Part shown: in pieces, positions 45,358 through 55,489 of the stretch | Layout: the number at the start of each line of letters is the position of its first letter | Position numbering within the stretch: position 1 is the stretch's first letter | Assembly (NCBI GenBank): GCA_025964325.1 | Contig: JAOPZA010000174.1 | Location: forward strand, 3,327 to 67,326 | DNA length: 64,000 nt | Direction of reading: 5' to 3' | Origin: Conexibacter sp. | GTDB lineage: Bacteria > Actinomycetota > Thermoleophilia > Solirubrobacterales > Solirubrobacteraceae | Position numbers and translations under genes: made by a program | Notes under the pieces: model-generated | Told to the model about the DNA's origin: nothing | The model's database searches: none | Seen by the model: the letters and a program-made list of their open reading frames with translations, nothing else

Positions 45358-45966
45358 CTAGCGATCCTCTCGCTCGTGGCGGTCGATCAGGCCCGCGGCG
45401 GTCAGCAGGTCCTCCGGCGCGTTGACGTTGAAGAACGGGCGCGCGTCGGCGAGCTCGAGCACCCGCGGGGCCAGCGCGGCGACGATCGCGGTGAGCGGCT
45501 TGGGCGGCTGCTGCTCGAGCGCGGCGCTCAGCTGCGCCCGCGCCTGCGGCAGGTAGAGCGCGAACAGCGGCTGCAACCGGCCGCCGGCGCGCGGGACGAT
45601 CGCGACCGCGCCGGCCGCGCCGGCTCCCGCGACGACGCGAGCCAGCTTCGCGCTGACGAACGGCAGGTCGCCGGCGCAGGCGAACACCGGGCGGGTGCCG
45701 GCCAGCTCGAGCGCGCGCACGATCCCGGCGAGCGGATGCCGCGGCTCGTCGTGCTCGATCCAGATCGTCACGCCCGGCAAGGCCGGCAGATCGGTGTCGG
45801 CCTTGGCGACGACGGCGACGTCCGCGAAGGCGCCGCGCATCGCGGCGACGGGATAGTCGATCAGCGGCCGGCCGTTGAGGCCGACAGTCGCCTTGTTGCC
45901 GCCCATCCGCCGGCCGATCCCGCCCGCCAGCACCGCGCCGATCGGCGCTTCGGTGTCGACCGTCAT
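45358..45966 (-). CDS. mobA: Molybdenum cofactor guanylyltransferase
   Basis: AVLAGGIGRRMGGNKA, HPLAGI, CAGDLPF, FFNVNAPEDL. Confidence 0.9.
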   Translation of the reverse strand: MTVDTEAPIGAVLAGGIGRRMGGNKATVGLNGRPLIDYPVAAMRGAFADVAVVAKADTDLPALPGVTIWIEHDEPRHPLAGIVRALELAGTRPVFACAGDLPFVSAKLARVVAGAGAAGAVAIVPRAGGRLQPLFALYLPQARAQLSAALEQQPPKPLTAIVAALAPRVLELADARPFFNVNAPEDLLTAAGLIDRHEREDR

Positions 45967-46046
45967 GGGGCGCGATGAGTCACGAGATCGCTCCTCGGAG
46001 CCGGGCGCAGGGTCCCGCCGCTGCAGGCAGCATAGAATCCCCGTTC

Positions 46047-46613
46047 ATGGAGGGCTCCACCGAGACAGTCCGCAGCTGGTTGCGCTGCTATCGCTGCTGG
46101 TCGCAGAACCTCGAGGTGCAGGTGCACTACGAGGGGATCCACCGCATCGATCCGGCGACCGGCGAGCGCGCCGAGGTCGTCGACGAGATGCAGGAGGCGG
46201 TCGTGCAGTGCCTCGACTGCATGCACGACCAGCCGCACCTGGGCTTCCACAACGGCCGCGTCGAGCCGATCGAGGACCGCTGGGAGCGGATGGTCGCCGG
46301 CACTCCCTGGGTCGCCTCCTGCACCGTCACGGTCGAGGCCGACGACGTCGAGACCTGCTCCGGCCCGGAGGCCGGCGACGCACTCTCCTACGCCGCCTTC
46401 GGCGACCACGGCACGCGCGAGTTCTTCACCCACGTGCGCTTCCACAAGCACGAGGACGACCAGATCGTCGTCCACCTGCTGGTCGAGCTCTACGCGCGCT
46501 CGAGCGAGGAGGCGACCGACGTGCTGGAGACCGCCGCCCGCGGCTCGCTGACGATCACCTCGCTCGCCGAGGAGTCGCGCCCGCCCGCCTCGACCGGCGA
46601 CGACCGCCACTGA
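46047..46613 (+). CDS. Hypothetical protein with an N-terminal Zn-ribbon
   Basis: CYRC...CLDC; TAGAAT 8 nt upstream of ATG. Confidence 0.75.
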   Translation: MEGSTETVRSWLRCYRCWSQNLEVQVHYEGIHRIDPATGERAEVVDEMQEAVVQCLDCMHDQPHLGFHNGRVEPIEDRWERMVAGTPWVASCTVTVEADDVETCSGPEAGDALSYAAFGDHGTREFFTHVRFHKHEDDQIVVHLLVELYARSSEEATDVLETAARGSLTITSLAEESRPPASTGDDRH

Positions 46614-46676
46614 GCGGTCGGGCGGACGTTCGCGCCCGCCCGCCTCGACCGGCGACGACCGCCACTGAGCGGTCGG
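46575..46676 (+). repeat. Perfect 47-bp direct repeat duplicating the gene 3' end
   Basis: TCGCGCCCGCCCGCCTCGACCGGCGACGACCGCCACTGAGCGGTCGG at 46575-46621 and 46630-46676. Confidence 0.9.
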
Positions 46677-46724
46677 CCCGCCCGCGCCGCAGCGGCGCAG
46701 GCGGGACCACTCAGGACCGACGCC

Positions 46725-48536
<1,812 letters not shown>

Positions 48537-48550
48537 GTGATCTCCTCCGG

Positions 48551-49099
48551 TCATGCGACGTTGCCCTCCGCGCCGTTCGCGCTCACGCCAGGCGTCTTGC
48601 GGGGGACCAGGACGAGGCGCTTGAACTCCGCGACCAGCACGCCGTCCTGGTTCAGCACGCGCGTGTGGACCTTCACGACCCCGCGATCGAGCTTCGACTT
48701 CGACGGCTTGACGTCGAGCACCTCGGTCTCGCAGAAGAGGGTGTCCCCGTGGAAGACCGGATTCGGGTGGCTCAGCTCCTCGGTCGCGAGGTTCGCGATC
48801 GCCTTGCCGGAGATGTCCGAGACCGACATCCCGAGCGCGAGCGAGTAGACGAGCGGGCCGACGACGACGTTGCGGCCCTGCTGCGACCCGGCCGCGTAGA
48901 CGTCGTTCAGGTGCAGCGGGTGGTGGTTCATCGTGATGAGGCAGAAGAGGTGGTCGTCGGACTCGGTGACCGTCTTCGCGGGCCAGTGCTTGTAGACCGC
49001 GCCGACTTCGAACTCCTCCAGATAGCGGCCGTACGGGTGGGCGCCCGAGGCCTCGCGTGCCGCCTGGTCGGTTTCGACTCCTTGGGTGGTTTCGCTCAT
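48551..49099 (-). CDS. MaoC-family dehydratase (candidate mesaconyl-CoA hydratase)
   Basis: [27 protein letters not shown]. Confidence 0.85.
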   Translation of the reverse strand: MSETTQGVETDQAAREASGAHPYGRYLEEFEVGAVYKHWPAKTVTESDDHLFCLITMNHHPLHLNDVYAAGSQQGRNVVVGPLVYSLALGMSVSDISGKAIANLATEELSHPNPVFHGDTLFCETEVLDVKPSKSKLDRGVVKVHTRVLNQDGVLVAEFKRLVLVPRKTPGVSANGAEGNVA

Positions 49100-49249
49100 G
49101 GGGTAGCTGGACCGTCCTGATTTCGCCGGGAGAAAGATGAGAAGTGTGACGTTTCCGCGTCGCGGATGCGTAGTTCCATAGTGAGTGCATCGGCGCGAGG
49201 GGGTCGCGGTCTACGATTCGCCGGCCCAGACCCAAGGAGATCCCAGCTC

Positions 49250-50311
49250 GTGCGCAATCCCCGTGACTTCGGAAAGCCCCTCGCCGTCGGTGCTCCCGAA
49301 CCGCTCCTCGACGTCCCGTTCAAGCCCTCGCGGATGATCCACTTCCTCGACGCGAGCAACGACAAGATGGTCGCGAAAGTTCCCGACATCGCACGCAAGA
49401 CCGACATCCTGCTCGGCAATCTCGAGGACGCCGTACCGGTCGATCGCAAGGAGGCGGCGCGCGAGGGGCTGATCAGAGTCGGGCGCGAGTTCGACCTCGG
49501 AGAGACGCAGCTGTGGACGCGCGTCAACAGCCTCGACAGCCCGTGGGTGCTCGACGACCTGCTGCGGCTCGTCGGCGAGATCGGCGACAGACTCGACGTG
49601 ATCATGGTGCCGAAGGTCGAGGGCGCCTGGGACATCCACTACGTCGACCGCCTGCTCGCACAGCTGGAGGCCAAGCACGGCGTGCAGAAGCCGATCCTCG
49701 TGCACGCGATCCTCGAGACCTCGCTCGGCGTCGCGAACCTGGAGGAGATCGCCGCCGCGAGTCCGCGCATGCAGGGCATGAGCTTCGGTCCGGCCGACCT
49801 CGCCGCCTCGCGCCGGATGAAGACGACGCGCGTCGGCGGCGGTCATCCGGGCTACGTCGTGATCGCCGATCCGAGCGAGGACGGCGGCCCGCGCGCGACC
49901 GCGCAGCAGGACCTCTGGCACTACTCGATCGGCCGCATGGTCGACGCCTGCACGGCGACCGGGATCCTGCCCTTCTACGGCCCCTTCGGCGACATCTCCG
50001 ACGACCTCGGCTGCGAGGCGCAGTTCCGCGCCGCGTTCCTGATGGGCTGCGTCGGCGCCTGGTCGCTGCACCCGCGACAGATCGAGATCGCCAAGCGCGT
50101 CTTCAGCCCCGATCCCGACGAGGTCAGATTCGCCAAGCGCGTGATCGAGGCGATCCCCGACGGGCGAGGCGTTCACATGCTCGACGGCAAGATGCAGGAC
50201 GATGCGACCTGGAAGCAGTGCCAGGTGATGGTCCACCTCGCGGAGCTGCTGGCGCAGAAGGATCCCGAGCTGGCCGAGGCCTACGGGTTCGTCACCACGA
50301 CAGGGAGCTGA
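49250..50311 (+). CDS. mcl: Malyl-CoA/beta-methylmalyl-CoA lyase (CitE/HpcH superfamily)
   Basis: [60 protein letters not shown]. Confidence 0.88.
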   Translation: MRNPRDFGKPLAVGAPEPLLDVPFKPSRMIHFLDASNDKMVAKVPDIARKTDILLGNLEDAVPVDRKEAAREGLIRVGREFDLGETQLWTRVNSLDSPWVLDDLLRLVGEIGDRLDVIMVPKVEGAWDIHYVDRLLAQLEAKHGVQKPILVHAILETSLGVANLEEIAAASPRMQGMSFGPADLAASRRMKTTRVGGGHPGYVVIADPSEDGGPRATAQQDLWHYSIGRMVDACTATGILPFYGPFGDISDDLGCEAQFRAAFLMGCVGAWSLHPRQIEIAKRVFSPDPDEVRFAKRVIEAIPDGRGVHMLDGKMQDDATWKQCQVMVHLAELLAQKDPELAEAYGFVTTTGS

Positions 50312-50313
50312 GC

Positions 50314-51522
50314 GTGCGTTTCTTCGAGTACGAGTCGCGGCAGATCGTCGCGAAGGCCGGCATCCCGGTCTCCAGACACGGCTTCGCCACCACCCCGGAG
50401 GAGGCGCGGCGGATCGCCGAGGAGATCGCCGGCCCCGTCGTGATCAAGTCGCAGGTGCTGACCGGCGGCCGCATGAAGGCCGGCGGCGTGAAGTTCGCCG
50501 ACACGCCCGACGAGGCGGCCGAGCACGCCGCGTTCGTCCTGCAGCTGGAGATCAACGGCCACATGCCGCGGGGCGTACTGGTCGACTCGCGCGTGTCGGT
50601 CAAGCAGGAGTACTACGCCGGCGTCGTCTGGGACGGGATCCGCAAGCAGCCGGTGATGCTCTTCAGCGACATGGGCGGGATCGACATCGAGGAGGTCGCC
50701 GAGACCCATCCCGACCACGTCGGCCGCGGCTGGTTCTCGAACCTGACCGACGTCTCGGACTACCAGGCGAAGCAGGTGATCGCCTCGATCGGCGTGACCG
50801 GCGCCGCGCTGACGCGCGCCACGCCGATCCTCACGCGGCTCGCGCAGCTGTTCGTCGAGCGCGACATGACGCTCGCGGAGATCAACCCACTGGCGCAACT
50901 CGAGGACGGCTCGTTCGTCGCCGTCGACGCGCACATGGACATGGAGAACGAGGCCCGCCCACGCCAGAAGCAGCTCCTGAAGGAGCTCGGCGTCGGCGAC
51001 GAGGAGACGCGCCAGGCGCGCGAGGCGACCCCGTTCGAGCTCGCCGGCGAGGCCGTCGACGCGGCGTCGCACCGCGGCGTCGCCGGCAACGTGACGGAGT
51101 TCGACGGCAACCTCGGGCTCGTGATCGGCGCCGGCGGCGGCTCGCTGACGCTCTTCGACGCGGTCCGCGCTCATGGCGGCAAGCCCGCCAACTACTGCGA
51201 GATCGGCGGCAACCCGTCGGTCGAGAAGGCGTGCGGCCTGGCGAAGCTCGTGCTGCAGAAGCCGGGCGTCGACAAGATCGCGGTGATGATGTCGATCGTC
51301 TCCAACACGCGCGTCGACATCGTCGCGCGCGGCGTCATCAAGGCGTGCGTGGAGCTGGGCTACGACCCGGGCGAGAAGATCGCGATCTTCCGCATCCCGG
51401 GCGCCTGGGAGGACGAGGGCTTCAAGATCCTCGAGAGATACGGAGTCGAGTACTGCGACCGCTCCGTCTCGATGCACGAGGCTGCGCGCCGCGCCGTCGA
51501 GAAGATCGGAGTGGCCGCCTGA
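50314..51522 (+). CDS. ADP-forming acyl-CoA ligase, ATP-grasp (beta) subunit, SucC-like but divergent
   Basis: FEYESRQI, KSQVLTGGRMKAGGV, EINPL; IGAGGGSLTLFD where SucC has NGAGLAMATMD. Confidence 0.85.
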   Translation: MRFFEYESRQIVAKAGIPVSRHGFATTPEEARRIAEEIAGPVVIKSQVLTGGRMKAGGVKFADTPDEAAEHAAFVLQLEINGHMPRGVLVDSRVSVKQEYYAGVVWDGIRKQPVMLFSDMGGIDIEEVAETHPDHVGRGWFSNLTDVSDYQAKQVIASIGVTGAALTRATPILTRLAQLFVERDMTLAEINPLAQLEDGSFVAVDAHMDMENEARPRQKQLLKELGVGDEETRQAREATPFELAGEAVDAASHRGVAGNVTEFDGNLGLVIGAGGGSLTLFDAVRAHGGKPANYCEIGGNPSVEKACGLAKLVLQKPGVDKIAVMMSIVSNTRVDIVARGVIKACVELGYDPGEKIAIFRIPGAWEDEGFKILERYGVEYCDRSVSMHEAARRAVEKIGVAA

Positions 51523-52445
51523 TGTCGATCCTGATCGATGCGACGACGACCTTCATCGTCCAGGGCATCACCGGCCGCGAGGCCGTCAACCTGACCCGCG
51601 AGTGCCTCGACTACGGCGAGGGCGCGCGCGTCGTCGGCGGCGTGACGCCGGGCCGCAAGGGCCGCGAGGTCCACGGCGTACCCGTCTTCGACACCGTCGC
51701 GCAGGCCGTCGAGCACCACGGCGGGCCGATCGACGGCTCGGTCGTGACGGTGCCGCCGGCCTTCACGAAGGACGCGGTGCTGGAGGCGATCGCGAACGGC
51801 GTCAAGCTCGTCGTGATCGTGACCGAGCGGATCCCGCGACGCGACGTCGCCGTGATGGTCGAGTTCGCCAGGCAGCACGACGCGCGCATCATCGGGCCCA
51901 ACTGCCTCGGCATCATCGTGCCCGACGTGATCAAGATGGGCGGCATCGGCGGCCCGGCGAGAGACGCGGCGAAGGCGTACACGCCGGGGCCGGTGGGCGT
52001 CATCTCGCGCTCCGGCGGCATGACGACCGAGATGTCCTCGACGCTGAGCGCCGCCGGCCTCGGCCAGTCGACGGCCGTCTCGATCGGCGGCGACGCCATC
52101 ATCGGCTCGTCCTACGCGGAGCTGATGCCGCTGTTCGAGGCCGACGAGCAGACGCAGGCGATCGTGATCTACACCGAGCCGGGCGGCCGCATGGAGGCCG
52201 AGCTGGCCGCGTGGGTCACCGAGCACGACTCTCGCCTGCCGATCGTCGCGTTCATGGCGGGCCGCTTCATGGACGAGATGCCGGGCATGAGCTTCGGCCA
52301 CGCCGGCACGATCGTCGAGGGCAAGGCCGACACGGCCGCGGAGAAGATCGCGCGCCTCGCCGAGGCCGGCATCGTCGTCGCGGAGGAGATCTCGCAGATC
52401 CCGGAGATCGTCAAGAGCAAGATCGCCGAGAGGAGTGCCGTCTGA
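51522..52445 (+). CDS. ADP-forming acyl-CoA ligase, CoA-binding (alpha) subunit, SucD-like
   Basis: IVQGITG, VGGVTPGRKG, IIGPNCLGII, SRSGGMT, FGHAG phospho-His motif. Confidence 0.9.
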   Translation: MSILIDATTTFIVQGITGREAVNLTRECLDYGEGARVVGGVTPGRKGREVHGVPVFDTVAQAVEHHGGPIDGSVVTVPPAFTKDAVLEAIANGVKLVVIVTERIPRRDVAVMVEFARQHDARIIGPNCLGIIVPDVIKMGGIGGPARDAAKAYTPGPVGVISRSGGMTTEMSSTLSAAGLGQSTAVSIGGDAIIGSSYAELMPLFEADEQTQAIVIYTEPGGRMEAELAAWVTEHDSRLPIVAFMAGRFMDEMPGMSFGHAGTIVEGKADTAAEKIARLAEAGIVVAEEISQIPEIVKSKIAERSAV

Positions 52446-52687
52446 TGCCCGCGCTGTTCATCAACGTCGAGGTCGACGAGCAGGTCGCGCAGGATCCCGC
52501 GCTGGCAGCGAAGCTGACCGAGGTCTGCCCCGTCGACATCTACGCGCAGAAGGGCGACGGGACGCTCGCGATCGTCGAGGAGAACCTCGACGAGTGCGTC
52601 CTCTGCCGCCTCTGCATCGACGCGGCGCCGCACGGCAGCGTGCGCGTCGTGAAGCTCTACGAGGACGGATCGGTCCTGCAGTCCTGA
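52445..52687 (+). CDS. Ferredoxin (FixX-like), probably one [4Fe-4S] cluster
   Basis: EVCPVDIY...DECVLCRLCIDAAP; ATG overlaps the upstream TGA. Confidence 0.85.
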   Translation: MPALFINVEVDEQVAQDPALAAKLTEVCPVDIYAQKGDGTLAIVEENLDECVLCRLCIDAAPHGSVRVVKLYEDGSVLQS

Positions 52688-52779
52688 GCGGCGACCGGCT
52701 TCGCGGCGACCGGCTTCGCGGCGACCGGCTTCGCCGGTCACTTGGGAGTTCGCCTGGCGGCGAACTCCCGGGAGTGACC
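52688..52779. repeat. 3 x 15-bp tandem repeat followed by an 11-bp TGGC-loop hairpin with GGGAGTTC/GAACTCCC ends
   Basis: (GCGGCGACCGGCTTC)x3 at 52688-52732; GGGAGTTCGCC-TGGC-GGCGAACTCCC at 52744-52769. Confidence 0.85.
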
Positions 52780-53760
52780 GATCAACTGCGCCGCGGGTCG
52801 CTCCTGCACGAGCGGCCCGTAGGCGTCCGGGCGACGGGTCGTGAGGAACGGAAAGAGCGTCAGCCAGTCGCCGCGCTGGTCGAGGTCGAGATCGGCGACC
52901 AGCACGGCGGACCGATCGCGCGGCGCCTGGGCGAGCACACGGCCATACGGATCGGAGATGAACGACGAGCCGTAGAAGCGCAGCGGCCCCTCCTCCCCGA
53001 TGCGGTTGACGGCGACCATGAAGGTGCCGTTCGCGATCCCGTTGGCGACGATCACCTTCTCCCACAGTGGCTCGGTGTCGAAGTCGGGATGGTCGGGCTC
53101 GGAGCCGATCGCGGTCGGGTAGACGATCACCTCGGCGCCGGCGAGCGAGTAGGCCCGCGCGAGCTCCGGGAACCACTGGTCCCAGCAGGTCGGGAAGCCG
53201 AGCCGCGCATCGCCGAGACCGACGACGGGGAACGCGTCGACGGCGGGGCCGGCCGGGCCCGGACGGAAGTATCTGTCCTCGTAGTAGCCGGCCGTGACCG
53301 GGATGTGGACCTTCCGCGTGCGCGCGATGAGCGTTCCGTCGGGCGCCGCGACGATCGCCGTGTTGAAGCCGCGCGCATCCCCGTCCTCCTCGGCCGCACG
53401 CTCGTACAGCGACGCGTGCACGTGGACGCCGGTCGCGGCCGCCATCCGCTGCGCGAAGCGCGTCGTCGGACCGTCGGGGATCGCCTCCGCCATCGCCTGC
53501 GCCTCGCCGAGCGCGTCGGGCGTGATCGCGAAGTACGGCGAGAGCGTCAGCTCCTGGAGGCAGACGAGCCGGGCGCCGCGACCGGCCGCGAGCTCGATCC
53601 CCTCCCCCAGCGACGCCTCGTGCTCGGCCGCGTCGGCATGCCAGCGCTGCTGCACGAGGGCGATGCGGAAGGGTGCGCGCCTCGCCGTCGTCTCGTCCGC
53701 GCGCGCGAGCGAGCGTGGCACGCCGCCGGTCGCCTCGATCAGCTCAAAACGCGCGGTCAT
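52738..53760 (-). CDS. aguB: N-carbamoylputrescine amidase-like nitrilase (CN hydrolase)
   Basis: Catalytic E (LQEL), K (TRKVHIP), C (PTCWDQWFPE), YPTAIGSEP; follows agmatine deiminase. Confidence 0.85.
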   Translation of the reverse strand: MTARFELIEATGGVPRSLARADETTARRAPFRIALVQQRWHADAAEHEASLGEGIELAAGRGARLVCLQELTLSPYFAITPDALGEAQAMAEAIPDGPTTRFAQRMAAATGVHVHASLYERAAEEDGDARGFNTAIVAAPDGTLIARTRKVHIPVTAGYYEDRYFRPGPAGPAVDAFPVVGLGDARLGFPTCWDQWFPELARAYSLAGAEVIVYPTAIGSEPDHPDFDTEPLWEKVIVANGIANGTFMVAVNRIGEEGPLRFYGSSFISDPYGRVLAQAPRDRSAVLVADLDLDQRGDWLTLFPFLTTRRPDAYGPLVQERPAAQLIGHSREFAARRTPK

Positions 53761-54851
53761 CGAACGTCCTCGGAGTTGGAAGAACGAGCCGCGGGGGCGA
53801 GTTCTTCCGACGGAACCCCGAGGCCCCCGGCCGAGGGGCTCCGCGGAATCTGCTGCGTGATGCAGTGCACGCCGCCGCCGCCGAGCGCCAGCACGCGTCC
53901 GGGGACGCCGACGATCTCGCGACCGGGCAGGAGTCTTCCGAGCCGTGTGAGCGCCTCCTCGTCCATGTCGTGGTCGAGCTGGGCGAGCGGGACGATCGCG
54001 GCGCCGTTGCAGAGGTAGAAGTTCGTGTAGGGGACCGCGACCGTCTCGCCCTCGTCGCGCCGGCTGCGCGGCAGCAGCTCGAGCTCGACGACGTCGAGCC
54101 CCGCGGCGCGCAGCCGGCGGAGGTTCTCCTCGGCGGCCGGGCGGTTCGGGTCGTCGTCGTCGGCGACGGTCTGCAGGAGGACGCGCCCGGGCGCGAGGAA
54201 GGCGCAGATGTTGTCGACGTGGCCGTCGGTGTCGGCGTCCTCGACGAGTCCCTTCCCGAGCCAGACGATCCTCTCGGCGCCGAGCTGGCCGCGCAGCTCC
54301 TCCTCGATGTCCTCGCGGTTGAGGAGCGGATTGCGGTTCGGGTTCAGCAGGCACTGCTCCGTCGTCACGAGCGTGCCCTCGCCGTCGACGGCGATCGCGC
54401 CGCCCTCGAGCACGAGCGGCGAGGCGAAGCGCTCGATCCCGAGCCGCTCGAGCAGCAGCCGCGCGATCGCGGCGTCGTGGTCGTAGGGCGTGAAGGCCTC
54501 GCCCCAGGCGTTGAAGCGGAAGTCGATGCCGGCACGGGCACCCTCCGGCCCGGTCACGACGATCGGTCCCGAGTCGCGCAGCCACGAGTCGTCGATCGGC
54601 AGCGCGACGACCTCGACGTTCTCCGACGGGACGCGGCGGCGCGCGTCCTCGGCGTGCGCGGGGTCGGCGACGAGCAGGACCGGCTCGAAGGCGGCGACCG
54701 CCGCGACGACGGCGGCGTGCTCGTCACGGGCCTCCTCGATCGTCGCTCCGCGCCAGGCCTCCTGCCGCGCCGGCCAGGCCATCAGCGTCCGTTCGTGCGG
54801 CGCCCACTCGGCCGGCATCCGCAGGCCGGCGGCGCGTTCGCTCGTGCTCAT
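53757..54851 (-). CDS. aguA: Agmatine deiminase
   Basis: MPAEWAPH, DSWLRDSGP, LEGGAI..DGEGT, DTDGHVDN, GGGVHCITQQIP, then a ~27-aa repeat-derived tail. Confidence 0.93.
   Translation of the reverse strand: MSTSERAAGLRMPAEWAPHERTLMAWPARQEAWRGATIEEARDEHAAVVAAVAAFEPVLLVADPAHAEDARRRVPSENVEVVALPIDDSWLRDSGPIVVTGPEGARAGIDFRFNAWGEAFTPYDHDAAIARLLLERLGIERFASPLVLEGGAIAVDGEGTLVTTEQCLLNPNRNPLLNREDIEEELRGQLGAERIVWLGKGLVEDADTDGHVDNICAFLAPGRVLLQTVADDDDPNRPAAEENLRRLRAAGLDVVELELLPRSRRDEGETVAVPYTNFYLCNGAAIVPLAQLDHDMDEEALTRLGRLLPGREIVGVPGRVLALGGGGVHCITQQIPRSPSAGGLGVPSEELAPAARSSNSEDVR
53768..53846. mobile_element. About 79-bp palindromic element in frame in the agmatine deiminase C-terminus
   Basis: GTTGGAAGAAC...GTTCTTCCGAC hairpin; homologous to 41131-41196. 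Confidence 0.7.
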
Positions 54852-54938
54852 GATCGGCGAGCGTAGCGGGCGCACGTGCGCCTCGCCGCCGCTTCGCGGT
54901 CCCGCCGCCCACCGCGCGGCGGTGTGCGGCGTCCGCGG

Positions 54939-55313
54939 CTACCCGCGGGCGCGGCGTGTGCGGGAGCGCTCTTCCTGCTTCTCGACGACGTTGACGACGA
55001 GCTTGATGATCTGCTCGACGCCGGTCGCCTTCGCGTCGCCGTGCTCGAACGCCTCGCGCCACTGCTTGACGGTGCCGTTGACCGCGAGCTCATTGAAGTT
55101 CGCGCGCGGCACTTCGAGGCGGACGCGGGCATCCGACGCGATGTCCTTCGTGATGATCGGCCCGGGCAGCTCCACGCGGAACATCTGGATGTCGCCGCGG
55201 CCGCGCAGCTCCAGCCCGACGACGAGCTTGAGCGGCTCGAGCGCCGGCACCTCATGGAGGAACCGCCGTACGCCCTGCTCGATCAGCGCCTTGGTGTCCT
55301 TCGGGGTGCTCAG
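54939..55313 (-). CDS. Hypothetical protein (SCP2-like); start possibly CTG
   Basis: (L/M)STPKDTKALIEQGVRRFLHEVPAL...; TAGACT 7 nt upstream of CTG. Confidence 0.7.
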   Translation of the reverse strand: MSTPKDTKALIEQGVRRFLHEVPALEPLKLVVGLELRGRGDIQMFRVELPGPIITKDIASDARVRLEVPRANFNELAVNGTVKQWREAFEHGDAKATGVEQIIKLVVNVVEKQEERSRTRRARG

Positions 55314-55382
55314 GCGGCGGAGTCTAGTGAAGTGACGCGACGACGCCTCCACCCGTGCGTCGGTAACCGGGGAGAAGCCCCC

Positions 55383-55489
55383 GGGAGTTCCCCCGAACGC
55401 CACGAAACCACCGCACCCTGCCGTGGAACTCCCATGGCGAAGCCCTCCCCGAGACGCCACGCGCTCGCCCCGCGAGGGAGGGCTTCGCC
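55383..55489. repeat. Intergenic composite: GGGAGTTCC...GGAACTCCC element plus a GGCGAAGCCCTCCC/GGGAGGGCTTCGCC hairpin
   Basis: 9-bp terminal IR at 55383-55391 / 55425-55433; shares internal blocks with 28138-28181. Confidence 0.75.

Noticed and set aside
49140-49162. TGTGA as a CRP/GlxR site between maoC and mcl
   Set aside because: Only a half-site; no TCACA-like partner at N6 spacing.
52688-52732. Tandem repeat as a mini-CRISPR
   Set aside because: 15-bp units are directly adjacent with no spacers, and no cas genes are present.
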